A DNA stretch of 63,777 bases, filler included, from Psammoneis japonica (Eukaryota): assembly GCA_008632985.1 (NCBI GenBank). It is 8 parts of 8 records of this genome, joined end to end, with 100 filler letters (N's around TTAATTAATTAA, not from the genome) between each part and the next. Parts side by side here need not be neighbours in the genome. Positions count along the whole stretch, not along the records: positions 18,211 to 26,606 come from QPGO01000542.1; positions 26,707 to 34,815 come from QPGO01000543.1; positions 34,916 to 43,000 come from QPGO01000545.1; 5 more parts are not named here. The stretch is one strand, 5' to 3'. The notes beneath the pieces were generated by a model that did not search any database, was not told the DNA's origin, and worked only from the letters and a program-made list of their open reading frames with translations. Position numbers and translations under genes: made by a program. This document shows positions 25,068-38,499 of this stretch, piece by piece. Each line of letters starts with the position of its first letter. Position 1 is the first letter of the stretch.

Positions 25068-25710
25068 GTCTCTATCTTCAACGGCTAGGAGTCGTCGAGG
25101 ATCGATCTCAATAGTCCATACGGTACAGTAGCTTTGTGCGACAGGGAGCGACAATGTTCCGAGGCTGCCAAGACGGGAGTTCATGTAAATCGTTTCATTG
25201 GCTTGCAGCCGTGAAACGTCAAGCAAACGACGTATTTTTATTTCACATTTCCTTTTTGTTTTCTAAGTACCTTCCCCTTACGTCAGCTTGTCACTGGTGA
25301 AAGCGGCGAGGAAGATTCGCAATGCCGGATCTGATATAACTACTTAGTATGTACGCTTCTCGTACTCTAATCGTTTCGTCAGGACCTATTTTGTCGACAT
25401 GTTGTATTATAATGTCGCAACACTGACTCGAAAAAATGAAGAATGCTAGAAATGTACTACCGGTATGCAAAATCTAAAATGTAATTCCTACTGCGATCCC
25501 AAACCAGAGAAGCTTTACTGAACCTGTTGCTTGAGTTTTTCGCATGGGAGGTACTAGTATCGCAGACAAGGACTATTTTAACATTATTGTCAGTTGGATT
25601 TAACTGCTATATGCTTTATCTCAATGATTGTTATTCTACCGAAGAGTGATTTTGGTTTGCCTCTCGAATACATCGAATTTCAGAGTGAAGTATTCCCTCG
25701 GCTTCTCTTG

Positions 25711-26606
25711 TTAGCGATGACCAAACGCGACAGACCACTCGTCGTTGTTATCAAGCGCAGCGTGCTGTTGCGCGTGCTCGACGACTAGAGGAGGGGAATG
25801 GGTAGTGGTGGCACCACTACGATCTCGAGAAGGTGACAAGCTTGTCGAACGACGTGCAGCGGTGTTCGATGTTTGGCTACGGGGTGGTGACTTGCTTGAC
25901 GAGCGACTGCCGCGGCGAGACCTTCGTTGACGATGATATGGCGTCTTTCCAGGGGTGCGTTCTGGGTGGGCGACTCCAGATGGAGACGCCCGAAACTCGA
26001 CCCGCCTTTCTGTACTGGTCGGGGTTGTTTCCTTTTTCAGGATCGACTTTGGCGAAGCCTTCGTTGGAGTGCTCCTCGGGTTAAAAAGGAGAGTGTCATT
26101 TCGATCAAACCCAGAGGCGGTATTGGGAAAGGGGCTTTCGTTTGTTAAGAGATTCAGGTATTGCTTCCCATAGGCCATATCGCCACCGCACGGTGCCGAT
26201 TGAAAGGGTTGCATGGGCCCGCTCCATGCCATGTGCTGATTCGTCAGGTGACATGGTATTACATCATGGCGACGAAACGGCGGAGCAGTGTTTCCGCGTT
26301 CCTGTTCTCTGCCATGAACATGATGATCGAAAGGGGGGCGGTATCCATGTTCCCATCCTGTTCCGTGCACCTGATCAAAAAGGGGGCGGTGATAGGGGTC
26401 GAGGCCAGCAACTTGAACACCACGTCCTGACGGAGTGCCGGGATAATCAATCAACCTGGAGTCGTGTGCACGACTCGGAGCTAGCTGTAGAGGCTGCACG
26501 GGATTCGCCGCCTGGCCGACAAACGCGTGGACCCCACTTGAAGCTGTATTATGGATAGCAGAGTACGTCTGGCCGGCTGTGCCGTAAACGCCACCAAATG
26601 CGCGAT
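25711..26606 (-). CDS. Hypothetical Pro/Ser/Arg-rich protein, 5' end lost at the contig edge
   Basis: Open frame of at least 262 codons in TpA-normal DNA, no recognisable domain. Confidence 0.35.
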
Positions 26607-26706
26607 NNNNNNNNNNNNNNNNNNNNNNNNNNNNNNNNNNNNNNNNNNNNTTAATTAATTAANNNNNNNNNNNNNNNNNNNNNNNNNNNNNNNNNNNNNN
26701 NNNNNN

Positions 26707-29310
26707 GGTGGGATCACAAATGCCATGTCATCTGCACAGTTTTCTGCGACACCTGACCAGCGCCCGATGCACTTCCTTTCAAAGGGAAATTTTGCCTGAG
26801 GCATCATAAAGTGCACCGGCTGGTGCCAGTCAAAGAGGGCATGAGCTGAGACGTCTGGTGTTGAACCCGTGATGTCCTCTTTGGGGACTTTCCCATCCAT
26901 TTCCGGATGCTCAGAGGCTGCAAGCCTCCTGACAGCCATGGCCCACTTGGCAAAGCAGGACCAGCAGCGTTTTGGCGCATTCGTGCGCTTTGCTGCAATC
27001 TGCATTTTCTTCTTCAGCTCACGAATGGAGGCTTTGGCCAAGTTCTGCCATGGACTGCAAGGAACAGCAACCCCTTGTTTGATCCGGCACTCCTCACAAA
27101 TTTCCTTTGTGCTGCCATCAGTCAGCTCGGGAGCGCTGTCCGATGCAATTTCCATTGGAACGCCTGCGTCGTGCACAAACGACACAGTCGCATCGGGGTG
27201 CTCGCCCTTCGACTTCCATGGATGGAAGCAGTCATGTCCACAACCATTTGCAAATGTGGAGCCACCCACATCCCCATGAGAACAGATTTCACAGTCGAGA
27301 ACATGTGGTCTGTGCAGAACCTGTCCTTGATGCTCGGGAACTTGAGCCAGGGCGCCTTCTTTTGTGCCTTCCTTCCCAATGGTGCACAGACGTTCCACAC
27401 CCCAGCTTGAGTTCGGCTCCCATTGGAGGGGTGAGGCAAGTTTGAGCCCAGGCAAGTCTTCAAGATCATCTTCCGTTGGTTTGCTTGTTTCGAAAGCAGA
27501 GACAACCCCAATGATTCACAATGGGATCCAGACCTTGGAGTCCGGGAAGGCAATTGAATGAGTGCTGGAGCTGTCAAACTGCTTTGGCACATCATGCACC
27601 GTCAAGCCGTCAGCATGGAGCTGATTGTGACATGTCAGTGAGTGTTTCATCCTGTCCCCAATGTGCATGGCCTCATTCAAGATGAGGAGGTGTGGTTGAC
27701 CAGAACTCGGGTCAACCCAGACAGCAGCAACCGTCTGCATCGGGATTGTTGATTGGGTCGCATTTGCTGGAATGTGGATCTACAGTGACAGCATGAGAGG
27801 GGTCAGAGAAGGGAGCACAGCTGGACCCTGCAATGCATGTGTCGGCATGCGTGTCCAGCTTGTTGAAAAGGGAGTTGTTGCCTGCATCAGTGTCGACTGA
27901 AGCTGTGTGTCTTAAGGATTTAGCAAAAGGCACAGACACATTTCCATTGGTGCAGACAGAAGCAGCAGCATCACAAGAATTGATTTGAGATTCCATTTTA
28001 ACTTCTACAAGGTTGTTGTCCTTGCTCATTGGCGCGACCTTTCATTCCTTTTTCTTGGCTTCCGCAATGCTTGCAGCCGCAGGCTTGTGCGCTCTGCACC
28101 CAAACTGATTCCCAGCATCGGCGCCCCCTTTTTCCTTTGAGGTTTTTTCCTTTTCAATGTCCTTGGGATCAGCAACCATCACCTTGGAATGTTTCCTCAA
28201 AGGTTCTTCGGTTTCCTCCATTTTCAGAGCGGCAGCTCGGCGCTTCTTCTCATGCTTCTTCTTCTCCCGAAGCTCATTGACTTTGGCCTTCTCCTCTTGG
28301 TTGAGGTCATCCCATTCTTCCTTGGGACAATGACCTGCCGTGATCCTGGGCTTGTTTTTCACCTTGCCTTTTCCCTGGCCTTGGTTCCTGTTCCTGGCGT
28401 TGTCCCGTTCCAATGCCGATCTGGCGGTGATCCGTCGCCCGATTCTTTGAGTTCTCAACCAGTGTCTTCATGTGCTGTTGACACAACTCAAAGCTGGAGA
28501 GTTTTGCCTTGTCGCCGTCTGCGACGCTCTTTCCGGTCTCAACCTTGGGTCCGTGATTCCCTTCAGGAAATCTGAGACTTCTTGGTCTCTGCACCGGCTC
28601 ATGCTGGTTGAACGCATGACGACTGCGCCCAGCGCATTTTGTGGCAGTGATCTGAGCATGCGCGCGGTTCTTGCGTGGTTTGATCAAGGCCCACCCTGGC
28701 CCATCAATGATCAGCTTTTTCAAGAGATCACAAACCTGCTTGTTGTCAGTGTCACGCAAATTCCCTTGATGGATCGTGGCAGTGACAAGGTCCTTGTCGA
28801 CGTTCAAATGAGTGGCGCTGCGCACCTCATTGTTGACAACGCACAAAAGTGGAACGCCCGCAACTGCGTTGCGGCGGTGCTGGAGCTTGGTCCCAAACAG
28901 CTCGTCCCAATTGTAAAAATCGTGCATCTGACTCAGAGGTGTAGCGCTTGGGGAGTTGTCGTCCGATTTGTCCTTCTGGATGTTCAACAATTCACTCAGA
29001 CACTCTGTTCAGCAAGTGATTGCAGCATCGTTGAAAGATTGGGCCTGCCTTGGCTGTCCACATGTCGTTTGACAATCCAGAAAAGCTCAAATGCCTTGAA
29101 CTTCCTGATCAAGAGGTGTGGGAACTGCACAGCTGGGTTGTCAACAGCGTCCTTGACGAATCCCTTGACCATGTCTCCGACCTTGGACAGTGGGATTTGG
29201 TGGCAGGAATCAGCATCGGTGATCCCTTGCACCACAACATGGGCCCTGGTGGCATCGTCAAACCCAATCCGGGTGAGGGCTGCATCAAAAGCAACAGCGG
29301 CAGCCATTGT
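26707..29310 (-). mobile_element. Degenerate Ty1/Copia (CoDi-like) LTR retrotransposon: gag, protease, integrase
   Basis: gag start MAAAVAFDAALTRIGF, protease LDTHADTC, HSLTCHNQLHADG (normally L.NQ.R..G), integrase SDSAPEL, PCSPWQNLAKASIRELKK, TPDVSAHALFDWHQPV, IGRWSGVA. Many frameshifts. Confidence 0.85.
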
Positions 29311-29380
29311 GCAGTCGAAACAACCCCATCAGAGGCACGACATGCGTGTGTGCATGTTTTGTTTCGATTTTCTTGCGCCA

Positions 29381-29869
29381 ACGGCAAAAGTTGGCTCAAC
29401 CAATGACATTGAGACCGGCAAATCAACGGAGTGTCAATTTCCTCAACAATTCCCACTCAAACATCCCAGTGCACATCTGCATTGCACGCACAGCAAATCG
29501 TTTCCAATGATTGATTTCCGTTGCACATTGCTCAGGTCCAATGAGCGAGTTGTGTTCACATTCACAACTGTGCCACATTTGCAGTGAACAATTTCGATTG
29601 AAGTGAGGTCATGGTGTGTCGTTCCATTGTGCAGTTGGTGCGCGATCGCCAATGGCAAAAGTTGGCTCAACCAATGACATTGAGACCGGCAAATCAACGG
29701 AGTGTCAATTTCCTCAACAATTCCATGCTCAACACATCCCAGTGCACATCTGCATTGCACGCACATTAAATCGTTTCCAATGATTGATTTCCGTTGCACA
29801 TTGCTCAGGTCCAACGAGCGAGTTGTGTTCACATTCACAACTGTGTCACATTTGCAGTGAACAATTTCA
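29381..29869. repeat. Two about 220-bp direct repeats (29381-29596 and 29651-29869) upstream of the Copia gag, possibly LTR or leader
   Basis: ggcaaaagttggctcaaccaatgacattgagacc...gcagtgaacaatttc occurs twice. Confidence 0.85.
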
Positions 29870-32264
29870 GTTGCGCGAGCGTCCATGGACCATGGCGCTT
29901 GCCGCAAAAATCAAAAGAATGGCCGCCATGCCATTGCCCGTTCCAGGCTGCAGAACAAAAAGAGACGTCATTGGCTCTGACAAAGTGAGCAATTCACACC
30001 ACAGTCTCCAGGAATTTGACAAGATGCGATTGAAAATGTTGGCACAGCAATCAACAGGTTCTAGAAAATTGTGAGGTCATTCCATGCCGCCCTCTGTGTC
30101 AGCGACAGTGATGGTCTTTGCCAAACACCACACTCAGCAACAGCATGACTGCATTCACTCAGCAAGTTGTTTTGGCACAACATCGTCTCAGGGTGATGCC
30201 AACCAAGGACGCGCAAAACCAACAAGTTGACTGCAATGTAAAAAGTTGACTCCATCATGATGCTCCATTTAAGAGGGCGGTCCGGAGACAGCCTGCTGCA
30301 CTTTTTATGCAGAAACTGCACGAGAGCCAAGCACGTGCATTCCTGCACAGACGCAGCACAAAAACAGAAAGCATGGCATGCCCATCAGCGACTCACAACA
30401 ACACCACGTGATGACCATGCATCAAAATGGAGTCGTCCACATCTCTTTCTGCAGCTCCTCTTTCACTTGCCCAATTGCTCCAAAAGGGCCAGGGAAAGCT
30501 CATGTGCTTCTGTCATGATGGATCAATGTAAACCAAAGTTGTTCTTTTTGTTCTACAACGTCAGAGTGCAGTGCAACAGATTGTCAAGGCGCACCCGCAC
30601 TTTGGCTGTGCTGTCAGCCAAATCAACACCATTTGCCATTCACTCACTTGACAAATTGTAAAGCTGACGATTCTTGTTGGCTGAAACTCTTGAGCTGCTT
30701 TTGAGACTTGACACAATGACCCATTTGTCCCGTCCTTCACCCTCCACATTTCATCAGAGGCCGCAACACAGTGTTGCTCACTTTCCTTTGTAAATTTCGG
30801 AACATTGAATTGCACAAAAGTGTGCCATCATTGTTCAACTTCAACAAAAATTTTAAGAGTCAAGTTGAATTTCTCATTTCCTTTTCATGTGTGCAATTGT
30901 TGCCTTTTTGTTTTGATTTGAATTTGCCAAAGACTTTCAATGCACATTTTGTCATCAAAAAATGAGTTTTGTTTTTGATGAATTTGTTGCACATTCATGG
31001 AAACGTCAACTTTGGCAGCGCTTTTTCAATGGCTCCACCGCAGTCTTGCATGGCCCTGACAAAGAGAGAAGGGGCAGGAGGACTTGCCGAGCCTGCCAAT
31101 GTCAAGACTGCAAAGGACGTGGAGGCAGACATTTGTGTGAGCACCAGATGCATCCACAGTCAGGAAATCAACACTGCACTGCTGTCGTGCCATTCAGCTG
31201 GACCAGCAATCACCAGCAAGAGCGACCACAAACTTGCCTTCTGTTGGCACAAAAAGCAAACATGCCCTCATGACAGGTGCACCATTTCCATCTCTTGCTG
31301 CTGTTTTGACTTTCGACCGGCATCCCAAGGGTGACACCACGGCCCGACGGCATCACGCAGCCCCTTGGCGTTTCCACAGCCCCCCCCTTTCCCAAGGTCC
31401 ATTGATGGCATTGTTGCATTGCAGCCCCTGCTTGCAGCTGCGATTTGTCATGTGCTCTTCAGCAAAGTCGATTTTGTGTTCCCAACATCCATCGATGGTG
31501 TCACTGTGGCCCAGCTCCTTGCCAACCGTGTGAGAATCAAGCAATGCCAACAGCAGCAAAAACACAGAAGGAGCTTTCACCCATTTTTGGACTTTCTCAC
31601 CTCTGTTTTCTTGGACACACAATGTCAGAGTAAAATGTGGAATTGACCTGCTTTGGCGTTGTTTGCAAGAGAAGGTTTGATGGCAATGATCAAGCATCAG
31701 CTGCTTCTGCGCCATCATGGTGGTTTTTTGTGATGGTTTTCTGCGCTGCGTTGTCTCACTTGAATGTGGAAAACTGTTTTGCATTCATTGTCACTTTGTT
31801 TCTACAAAGTTTGTGTCTTTTTCATGTTCATTGGAGGCACACTAAAGAACCAGATTTTTTGCATCAAAACAAAGCATGACAACACACACTTGGACTTGCA
31901 GCACTGAACTCTTTCTCCCTTCTTTTCCCTTTTCCTCTCTTCTCCTCTCTCTCTCCTCCCCTCCTCTTTTGTGTTCTGTCAACGACACCAAAAAATTACC
32001 TTGTTTTCACCTGCACCCACCAGTTTTCCAGTCAGCAGCTCCCTGCCTGCATTTTGGCACATTTTCTGCATGTGCAATGCTCTGCCCATTTCACAGCAGC
32101 GCAACCCTCTCCCCAAAATGCATTTGACAAGAGGGTGTGCTGTTGTGATTCCTGACTTGAGGTTGGTCCATTAAGAAATCCTGCCGAGTGAAAGGTGAGT
32201 GTGTCCCACGGTGCAAAAATCTCAAGGAGGCTCTCCATTTCTCCAAAATGTCCGGAGAGACAAA

Positions 32265-33660
32265 ACAAAACCCAAACTCTAATTTTAAGTGCTGCCACGC
32301 TTCCACCCTGCAACTCCGGCAACAACCTGGCCCACACTCCCAGTGCACTGGGTGCGGCAGGAGTGTGTGACAATTGGCCAAGATCGGCATCACCCTCTGG
32401 TGATGCCGTGCCAAAGCAGCTTGCGATGGCACGCGTGCCTCCAACAGCCAGATGCCGGGCCTCTCGAATGCTCGACTTGAACATTGGTTTTGCCATGGCG
32501 AGCCAGTTTTGTAGTCTGTGGGTAGAGTGGGTGAGATGTTCATCTGCCGAAGCAAACAACTCTGCTCGATCCCGGGCCAAGCACTCATCTGCCCCAGAGC
32601 AGATCTCTTTGACCTCTGCCTCTGCACCCCGCCATTGCGAAGACTTTTCGCATCTCTGAATCGTGCCCGTGTGCTGCATCATTGTGGGAGTCCCACAATT
32701 CCCACCATTGTGACCACACACAACTGCCAACAGTTGCTGCCCAGTCCAATCTTTTGTCTTTGTCGGATGGAGAGCAATGCAAGCCGGAAGACTCCAAGTG
32801 CGATGTTTGTGCCTCATTCCACAGACAGGAGAAACGCCCACTGAAAATGTGGCGCCAACCAATGTCGTCTTGAGATTGAAACAGCTCTGTGACACTGTGA
32901 TGGACTTGGGCAGAATGGAGCAATTCCTCATTGAACCAACCCTCCAAGGCATGCAACAACAGGTCTCGTGTGGACGGGGAAGTGTGTGTGTCGTCACATT
33001 TCTTCCGCAATCCTTTGAAGAACTTGCGCCGCCACGATGCATTGTGGGTGCACGCAGAATGTGATCCCTGTCTTCGAAGGGATGTTGGCAGTGTGTGCAG
33101 CAGTTGGGGCATGCAGGATTGCATCTGTGGACAATCTTGTTCGTCGGCAGCAGATTCAACAATGCGCCAGTTGCGCTCTTCAATGTCTGAAGAGTGCAAC
33201 TGGCCAAGCAAAAAATGATGCACTTCAATCATGTGCGAGTTTGTGCATTCGCAAAATTGCCTCATTTTCTGTTGGCGATCATTGGCATTTTAATTGCCGC
33301 ACAATTTCACTGCGGAGCTCGCACGCAGAAGCCCACGGGCCCAATGTCACACGGACTCCCACCTGCATCTGGAATGCGTCGTGGCAAGAGGCATGATTGC
33401 ACCACAAACTTGGCAGTTTGTTTGATGTTGAAGATGAGCACATCCATCAATTAAATTCTCGTGCTGCAGAGCTCGCACGTGGAATTCTGCGGGCCCAATG
33501 TCACATGGAGTCCCACCCAGGGCTGGAGCCCATCTGGAACGAACTTTCCAATCAACAGATTTGCACACTGGGTCAGACCATCTGCACTTCTCCTGCACAT
33601 GTTGGACCAGAGCTGGGCTCGAAGCTTCACAATGGAGAGCTGATTTAAATTTCGAGTTCA
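32265..33660 (-). mobile_element. Ambal-like non-LTR retrotransposon, 3' fragment (copy 2), interrupted at about 33157-33530
   Basis: LLPTNK, HPFEDRDHILR, IGWRHIFSGR, WELWDSHN...HGHD, RLQNWL...GTRAIASCF and the 3' UTR all align with 4800-5730. SPALVQHV...VDW at 33535-33650 aligns with 4660-4765. Confidence 0.85.
33157..33530 (+). repeat. Hairpin-bearing short repeat element inserted into the retrotransposon. An inverted copy lies at 34556-34716
   Basis: Hairpin ccagttgcgctcttc-N7-gaagagtgcaactgg plus two copies of the gagctcgcacg core. Confidence 0.7.
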
Positions 33661-33814
33661 CTGAAGCCGAAAAATGTTCGGAGAGACAGAAGTGGAACAG
33701 CAGAACTGCGTGCTTCTCCACCGTGACATCCAGGCAATGGCAGAATTTGTTCACACGATCATTGCTGGAGACAACCCAAATGATCCCGCATCTGGTCAGC
33801 CTTGTTTCTGATTT

Positions 33815-34400
33815 TTGCGCTGCAAAAGTCTCCAAAATTTGATCAACAATCAAGCCCAAGACCTCCACAGTGCCCATTTTGTCGCTGACATCGTCGTGCA
33901 TTGGGTTCAGTGCAAACCCAAGGACATGGACTGTTGGCTCCTGAAGATTTTCTGTCATGTCAGTGCCCAAAAGGAATGGCGTCTCTTTGTCAACAGCTTT
34001 CTGGATGCATGCAATGCTGACGATCCTGGCTCCCAGGTGGGTGAGATCAAGGGGTTCCTTGGTGACCCAACCGGCAACATCAAGAACATGGTGATGATGC
34101 AAGGCGATCCCCTTGCACGCCGGGAGGCTCATGAAGAAAAAATCAATTCCATGTTGAATCATGAATTTGAAAACCGTTGTCCCAAGGAGCAAAATGGCAT
34201 CTGGCCTGGGCACAGCAAGCAGCTCACGATGCTTCGTTGCAGAGTGCGCGATCAGAGGGCCAGCTGCTTGGAAGATGATGACAAACAACGTTGCAAATCC
34301 AAAACCAAATGCAAAATTAAGAGGATCCGCAAAGATGGCACCTGTTTGTGCGATGGCAAGCAACCTGCCCACCTCCCACCTTTTGCCTTTCTGCCTGCAT
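33815..34400 (+). pseudogene. Possible hypermutated fragment of an unidentified protein-coding gene
   Basis: Protein-like open frame (LINNQAQDL...KIKRIRKDG) with no Tyr. Family not recognised. Confidence 0.3.
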
Positions 34401-34756
34401 CTGTCGTCTCAATGTCCCTTCTCACACTCCATGATTGCACACGCCTCGCCAGAGCCTTCCTTGACCATCCCTGACAAGAAGGCCAAGCCTGCATCTTGCT
34501 TGGAACCAGCACCTCCTTCATTGTCTGGTGATGTGCCGTTGTCTGGAGAGGAAGCGTTCCAGGTGCAGGTGGGGACCCATGTGACATTGGGCCCGCAGAA
34601 TTCTGCGTGCGAGCTCCGCAGCAAAATCACACGGCAACTGAAATGTGAAGTGAGTCGTTTTTCACTCAGCCAGTTGCACTCTTTTCAGACGAAGAACGCA
34701 ACTGGCGCGCTGTTGTTTCCACAAATTCGTCACACAAAACGTCTGGGGCTTCGCGT

Positions 34757-34815
34757 TTGGGGTTGGGGTCAGGGTCAGGGTTTGGGGCCAGGGCTGGGGG
34801 CGGGGTCAGGGTCAG
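34757..34815 (+). repeat. Degenerate telomere-like hexamer array at a contig end
   Basis: Units TTGGGG, TTGGGG, TCAGGG, TCAGGG, TTGGGG, CCAGGG, CTGGGG, GCGGGG, TCAGGG. Confidence 0.75.
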
Positions 34816-35199
34816 NNNNNNNNNNNNNNNNNNNNNNNNNNNNNNNNNNNNNNNNNNNNTTAATTAATTAANNNNNNNNNNNNNNNNNNNNNNNNNNNNN
34901 NNNNNNNNNNNNNNNCCATGCTACTTAGGATCTGGTTTTATTCAAACACTTTGCCTGGATCTGTCAAAATCAAAGCAAAAGCATGAAACTGTCACCACAA
35001 GTTTTAAAATTACACCAACAGAGACATGGTCTTGTGAGTGAAATCATTGACAATGCCTGTGGATTTGAAACAGCTCTTGAAAACCACGGATGCTTCATCT
35101 TTGTAGCCACGTGCAAGCAAGACCTCGCTCGACATCTACATTCGTTGACAAATGCAATGCACCACAACTGGTCAAAGTGTGTGAGACCACTGCTGCCAG

Positions 35200-35690
35200 A
35201 ACTCCTGAGGAGAACAAGGAGTTGCTAAATGCTCTGGCAGAACATGCTGCACATTTGGCAGATGAGGCACCAACCCTCACATCCGATGAGATGCATCTCA
35301 TCATCGACTCGGGTGCTTCCACCACAATTTCAAACAATGAAAATGACTTTATTGATCACATGCGACCTGTCCAAAACTTGGACTTAAAGGGCATTGCATC
35401 TGGCCCAGCCATCGAGGGCATTGGCACGGTGCGACACAGCTTTGTGGATGACGATGGCAACAATTTTACCATTGACATCAACAATGTACTGCATGTGCCC
35501 ACTTGCCCGGTTTGCCTGCCATGCCCTCAACAAGTGGCAGCTGCTAGTCCCAATGAGGACACAGACGGGTTCTTTATAAGGGGTGAGTCCATGACAACAC
35601 TTTATGGACAACATTGCAAGACCGTGCGACACCACCATGAGACGAATCTACCGATTCTCACTGCGGCTCCAGGCTTTGGCAATTTTTGAG
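35200..35690 (+). mobile_element. Copia-type pol fragment (aspartic protease region)
   Basis: LIIDSGASTTISN, LKGI...IEGIGTV, DDDG, NVLHVP.CPV.L.CPQQ. Confidence 0.75.
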
Positions 35691-36169
35691 CTTTCTGCTC
35701 TGACATTAATGCAGATGGCAAACTGTGTTTTCCTACCTCAGCTGCAAAATGACATTGAAAATGGATTTGGTTCACAAACTGTTGAGGCCACACATGACAA
35801 ATGCTTTGCGAGAAATGGTGGAGCGAGATGATACGTTGCAAACTTAGTTTGGTTTTACCCATTTGGGGATCCCCCAAAATGGCAAGGGTAAGGGGGAATT
35901 ACCTTGCCCTTTTGGGGAATTCCAAGGAAATGTGGGAAGGAACAACTAAAAGGGCTCAGGGGAGGGGAACAAAAAACAAATGGAATGCGGCAATGTACGG
36001 TAATTATAGACAGGTGGGTGTGCTTTTATCCTCATGGCGACCGGCGCGCGGAAAAAACGATGCACGACCATGACGGATGCAAATCGACACAAAGCGGCCC
36101 CTTGTGGTAGAGTAAGGGAAGAATGAACTTTACCATTAAATCATGCACATTAACATTGCTCACCTGTGG

Positions 36170-36570
36170 CTCTATTTTTGCCTTAGCCTTTGCTCTAGAG
36201 CTGTTGTGGTTTGCATTTGTGACCACACGACACAAGAAGGAAAAAATGATACACTGCACTCTGTACATAAGATAGGTCAAAGGGAAGAATAAACATTGTC
36301 AATCAATCCGCCATATTTTCATTAACCTTGTGAGGATCTACTTTTGCCTTAGCCTTCACTCTAGACACCTCATGGTTTGCATTTGTGGCTGCACCACAAC
36401 AGAGTGATTCTAAACGATCTCTTTATTCTGCACATAAGATGTGTCAATTGAAATAAAAACCATGACCATTCAATCCACAATCCACCATATTTTTATCAGC
36501 TACACACGGTTCTACTTTTGCCTTGAACTTCACCACAAACGCCACATGGCTTACATTTGTGACCGCAGGA
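36170..36570. repeat. Three degenerate tandem units of about 170 bp
   Basis: tctaYttttgcctt...tggYttRcatttgtg at about 36170, 36337 and 36511. Confidence 0.7.
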
Positions 36571-37483
36571 AAGAAAAACATGCCCAATGTGGCGCCAAGT
36601 GACAGTTGATAGAGTAGTTGATAGATTGATAGACAAGATGTGCTTGTAGTAAATTGGGTTCATAGACGAATTATGAGCTAGATTGGAGGAGAGCTTTAGA
36701 ACCACTTCTCAAGGCTCTCGTCAAGGGTCCTCGTAGGACACACGTGTAACATGCACTGGAAGTCTTGTAATTAAGACACACAACAAGCTACCGAATCGAA
36801 AAATTTGCGACATCACAAAATTTGCGACAAATTCCGAATCCCCGCACAATCATCGCGCGGCGAGTCGAGAAACGACCCTTGTCACCCTCCAAGATCGTCT
36901 TTGCAACGCGGCCAACATCCTCTGGTGCAATTCAAGGTGCAGGCGTTCTTTCTACTTCGATTAAGAAAAGATATGATGCACGAGAAATGACAAGAAATCC
37001 TTATTTTCAAAGGAAGTTGCCTTCTCGTGACAGCAACTCATGCCGACGCATCGCAAGATTTCAACAAAAAATGACCTTTTTGGATGATTACACCGCCTTT
37101 CCTCACAAACAAAACGTCATTTAGCTCTTCATAATGATAACAATCTGATTGGTTTGTTATTTCATGTCACTTACAGACCTTCGGTTGTCGAAACAGTAGC
37201 ATTTGCTCATTTGAAGCGAAAAATGAAGCACTCAGAGACCTCGCACGTGCTTTCATCGTGAAAAAATTCGAGCCATTTGTTTTTATAAATTAATTTGCGA
37301 TTCGCAAATTTTGCGTTTCAGTAGCAAGAATTCTTCTTAGAAACCAGAACGTTCTCATAGGAGCGATAAGTCATTGAGACACTTAACGGGACATTGAAGA
37401 ATGTTCGGTTCTTGAGTTCGTATGTAGACAGACAGACAGACAGACAGATGGCACTACAGCACTCGCTTCCCCAACTGAACAGT

Positions 37484-38480
37484 CTAGAAGACAGGGTGAA
37501 GACGACGGATATTGATTCGTTCAGTGACGTTGGGAGAGCGCTGGATGGTGACTGTACCGTTGGTAGAGTTAAATTTGGATTTGGAACGATTGGTAGAGTG
37601 GAATTTGGGCTTGAGCCGACTTGTGGAGGTAACTTGAAGTGGGATGTTTTGAAGTTTTCGATTGACATGATGCCAGTCTTCATAGGTGGCATGTTGAGTC
37701 TTGTTTTCTGTTTTCATAGGGATGGTGACGTTGCCACAGGTCATCATGGTAGTCGTAAAATCCAGAATAATGCCGAGTTGTTTGCACGTTCGGCGACCGA
37801 CAACAATGGTGTGACGACCGATTGCATCGTCTTCAACGTACGCTTCGATGGTGACAGGCTTCGATTGAGAAAATTCAGGCAATGCAATGTTAAATGCTGC
37901 CTTGTTCTGAACTTGAACTGATTTGTAGCGGCTTTGTACCGGTGCAGAAATTGGTTTGATTTGATGGGAGATTTTTTCAAGGGCTTCGCGCTTGATGTAG
38001 TTGTTGTTGGCTCCAGAGTCGAGGAGACCGAGCACTTGCTCTGCATGAGAGGTAGAGGATGAGGTAAGTTGCACTTGTACATCTGCACTGATATTTTGTT
38101 GAGATTCTTGAGTATTCTGACTAGATGCTGTTTCAATTTCATTGATTTCATCATGGATGTCATTGATGCACTCGGATGATGCGCTTCCAAGATCGTCTGG
38201 GGGATCATTGTAGGTGCTGGAAGGATCTTCTATCGCGTTATTTTCGTTGTTTCTTTGTTGGTTGCTTCTGCTGCATAGGTCACAGCGATGAGTTGGCTGC
38301 TGTTGCGACTGGCTCCGAGTTTGGTTGTCTGGGCCATTGTTTTCTGAGGATTGGACACGTTGAAGCCTTTGTTGACGTCTCTGCTGGTAGATTTCTCGCT
38401 CACGGTGAACAACATTACATTCTTGTCCATTTGGATGGACTGCTCCATGGAGTGGGCATGTGTTGTTTATTTGGGAGCTC
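37484..38480 (-). mobile_element. Ty3/Gypsy-like gag-protease fragment
   Basis: CPLH...H.....C knuckle, LGLLDSGA retropepsin motif and IVVGR....LGIILDF. No RT follows. Confidence 0.7.
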
Positions 38481-38499
38481 GTAGAAGGCGTCGACGCCC

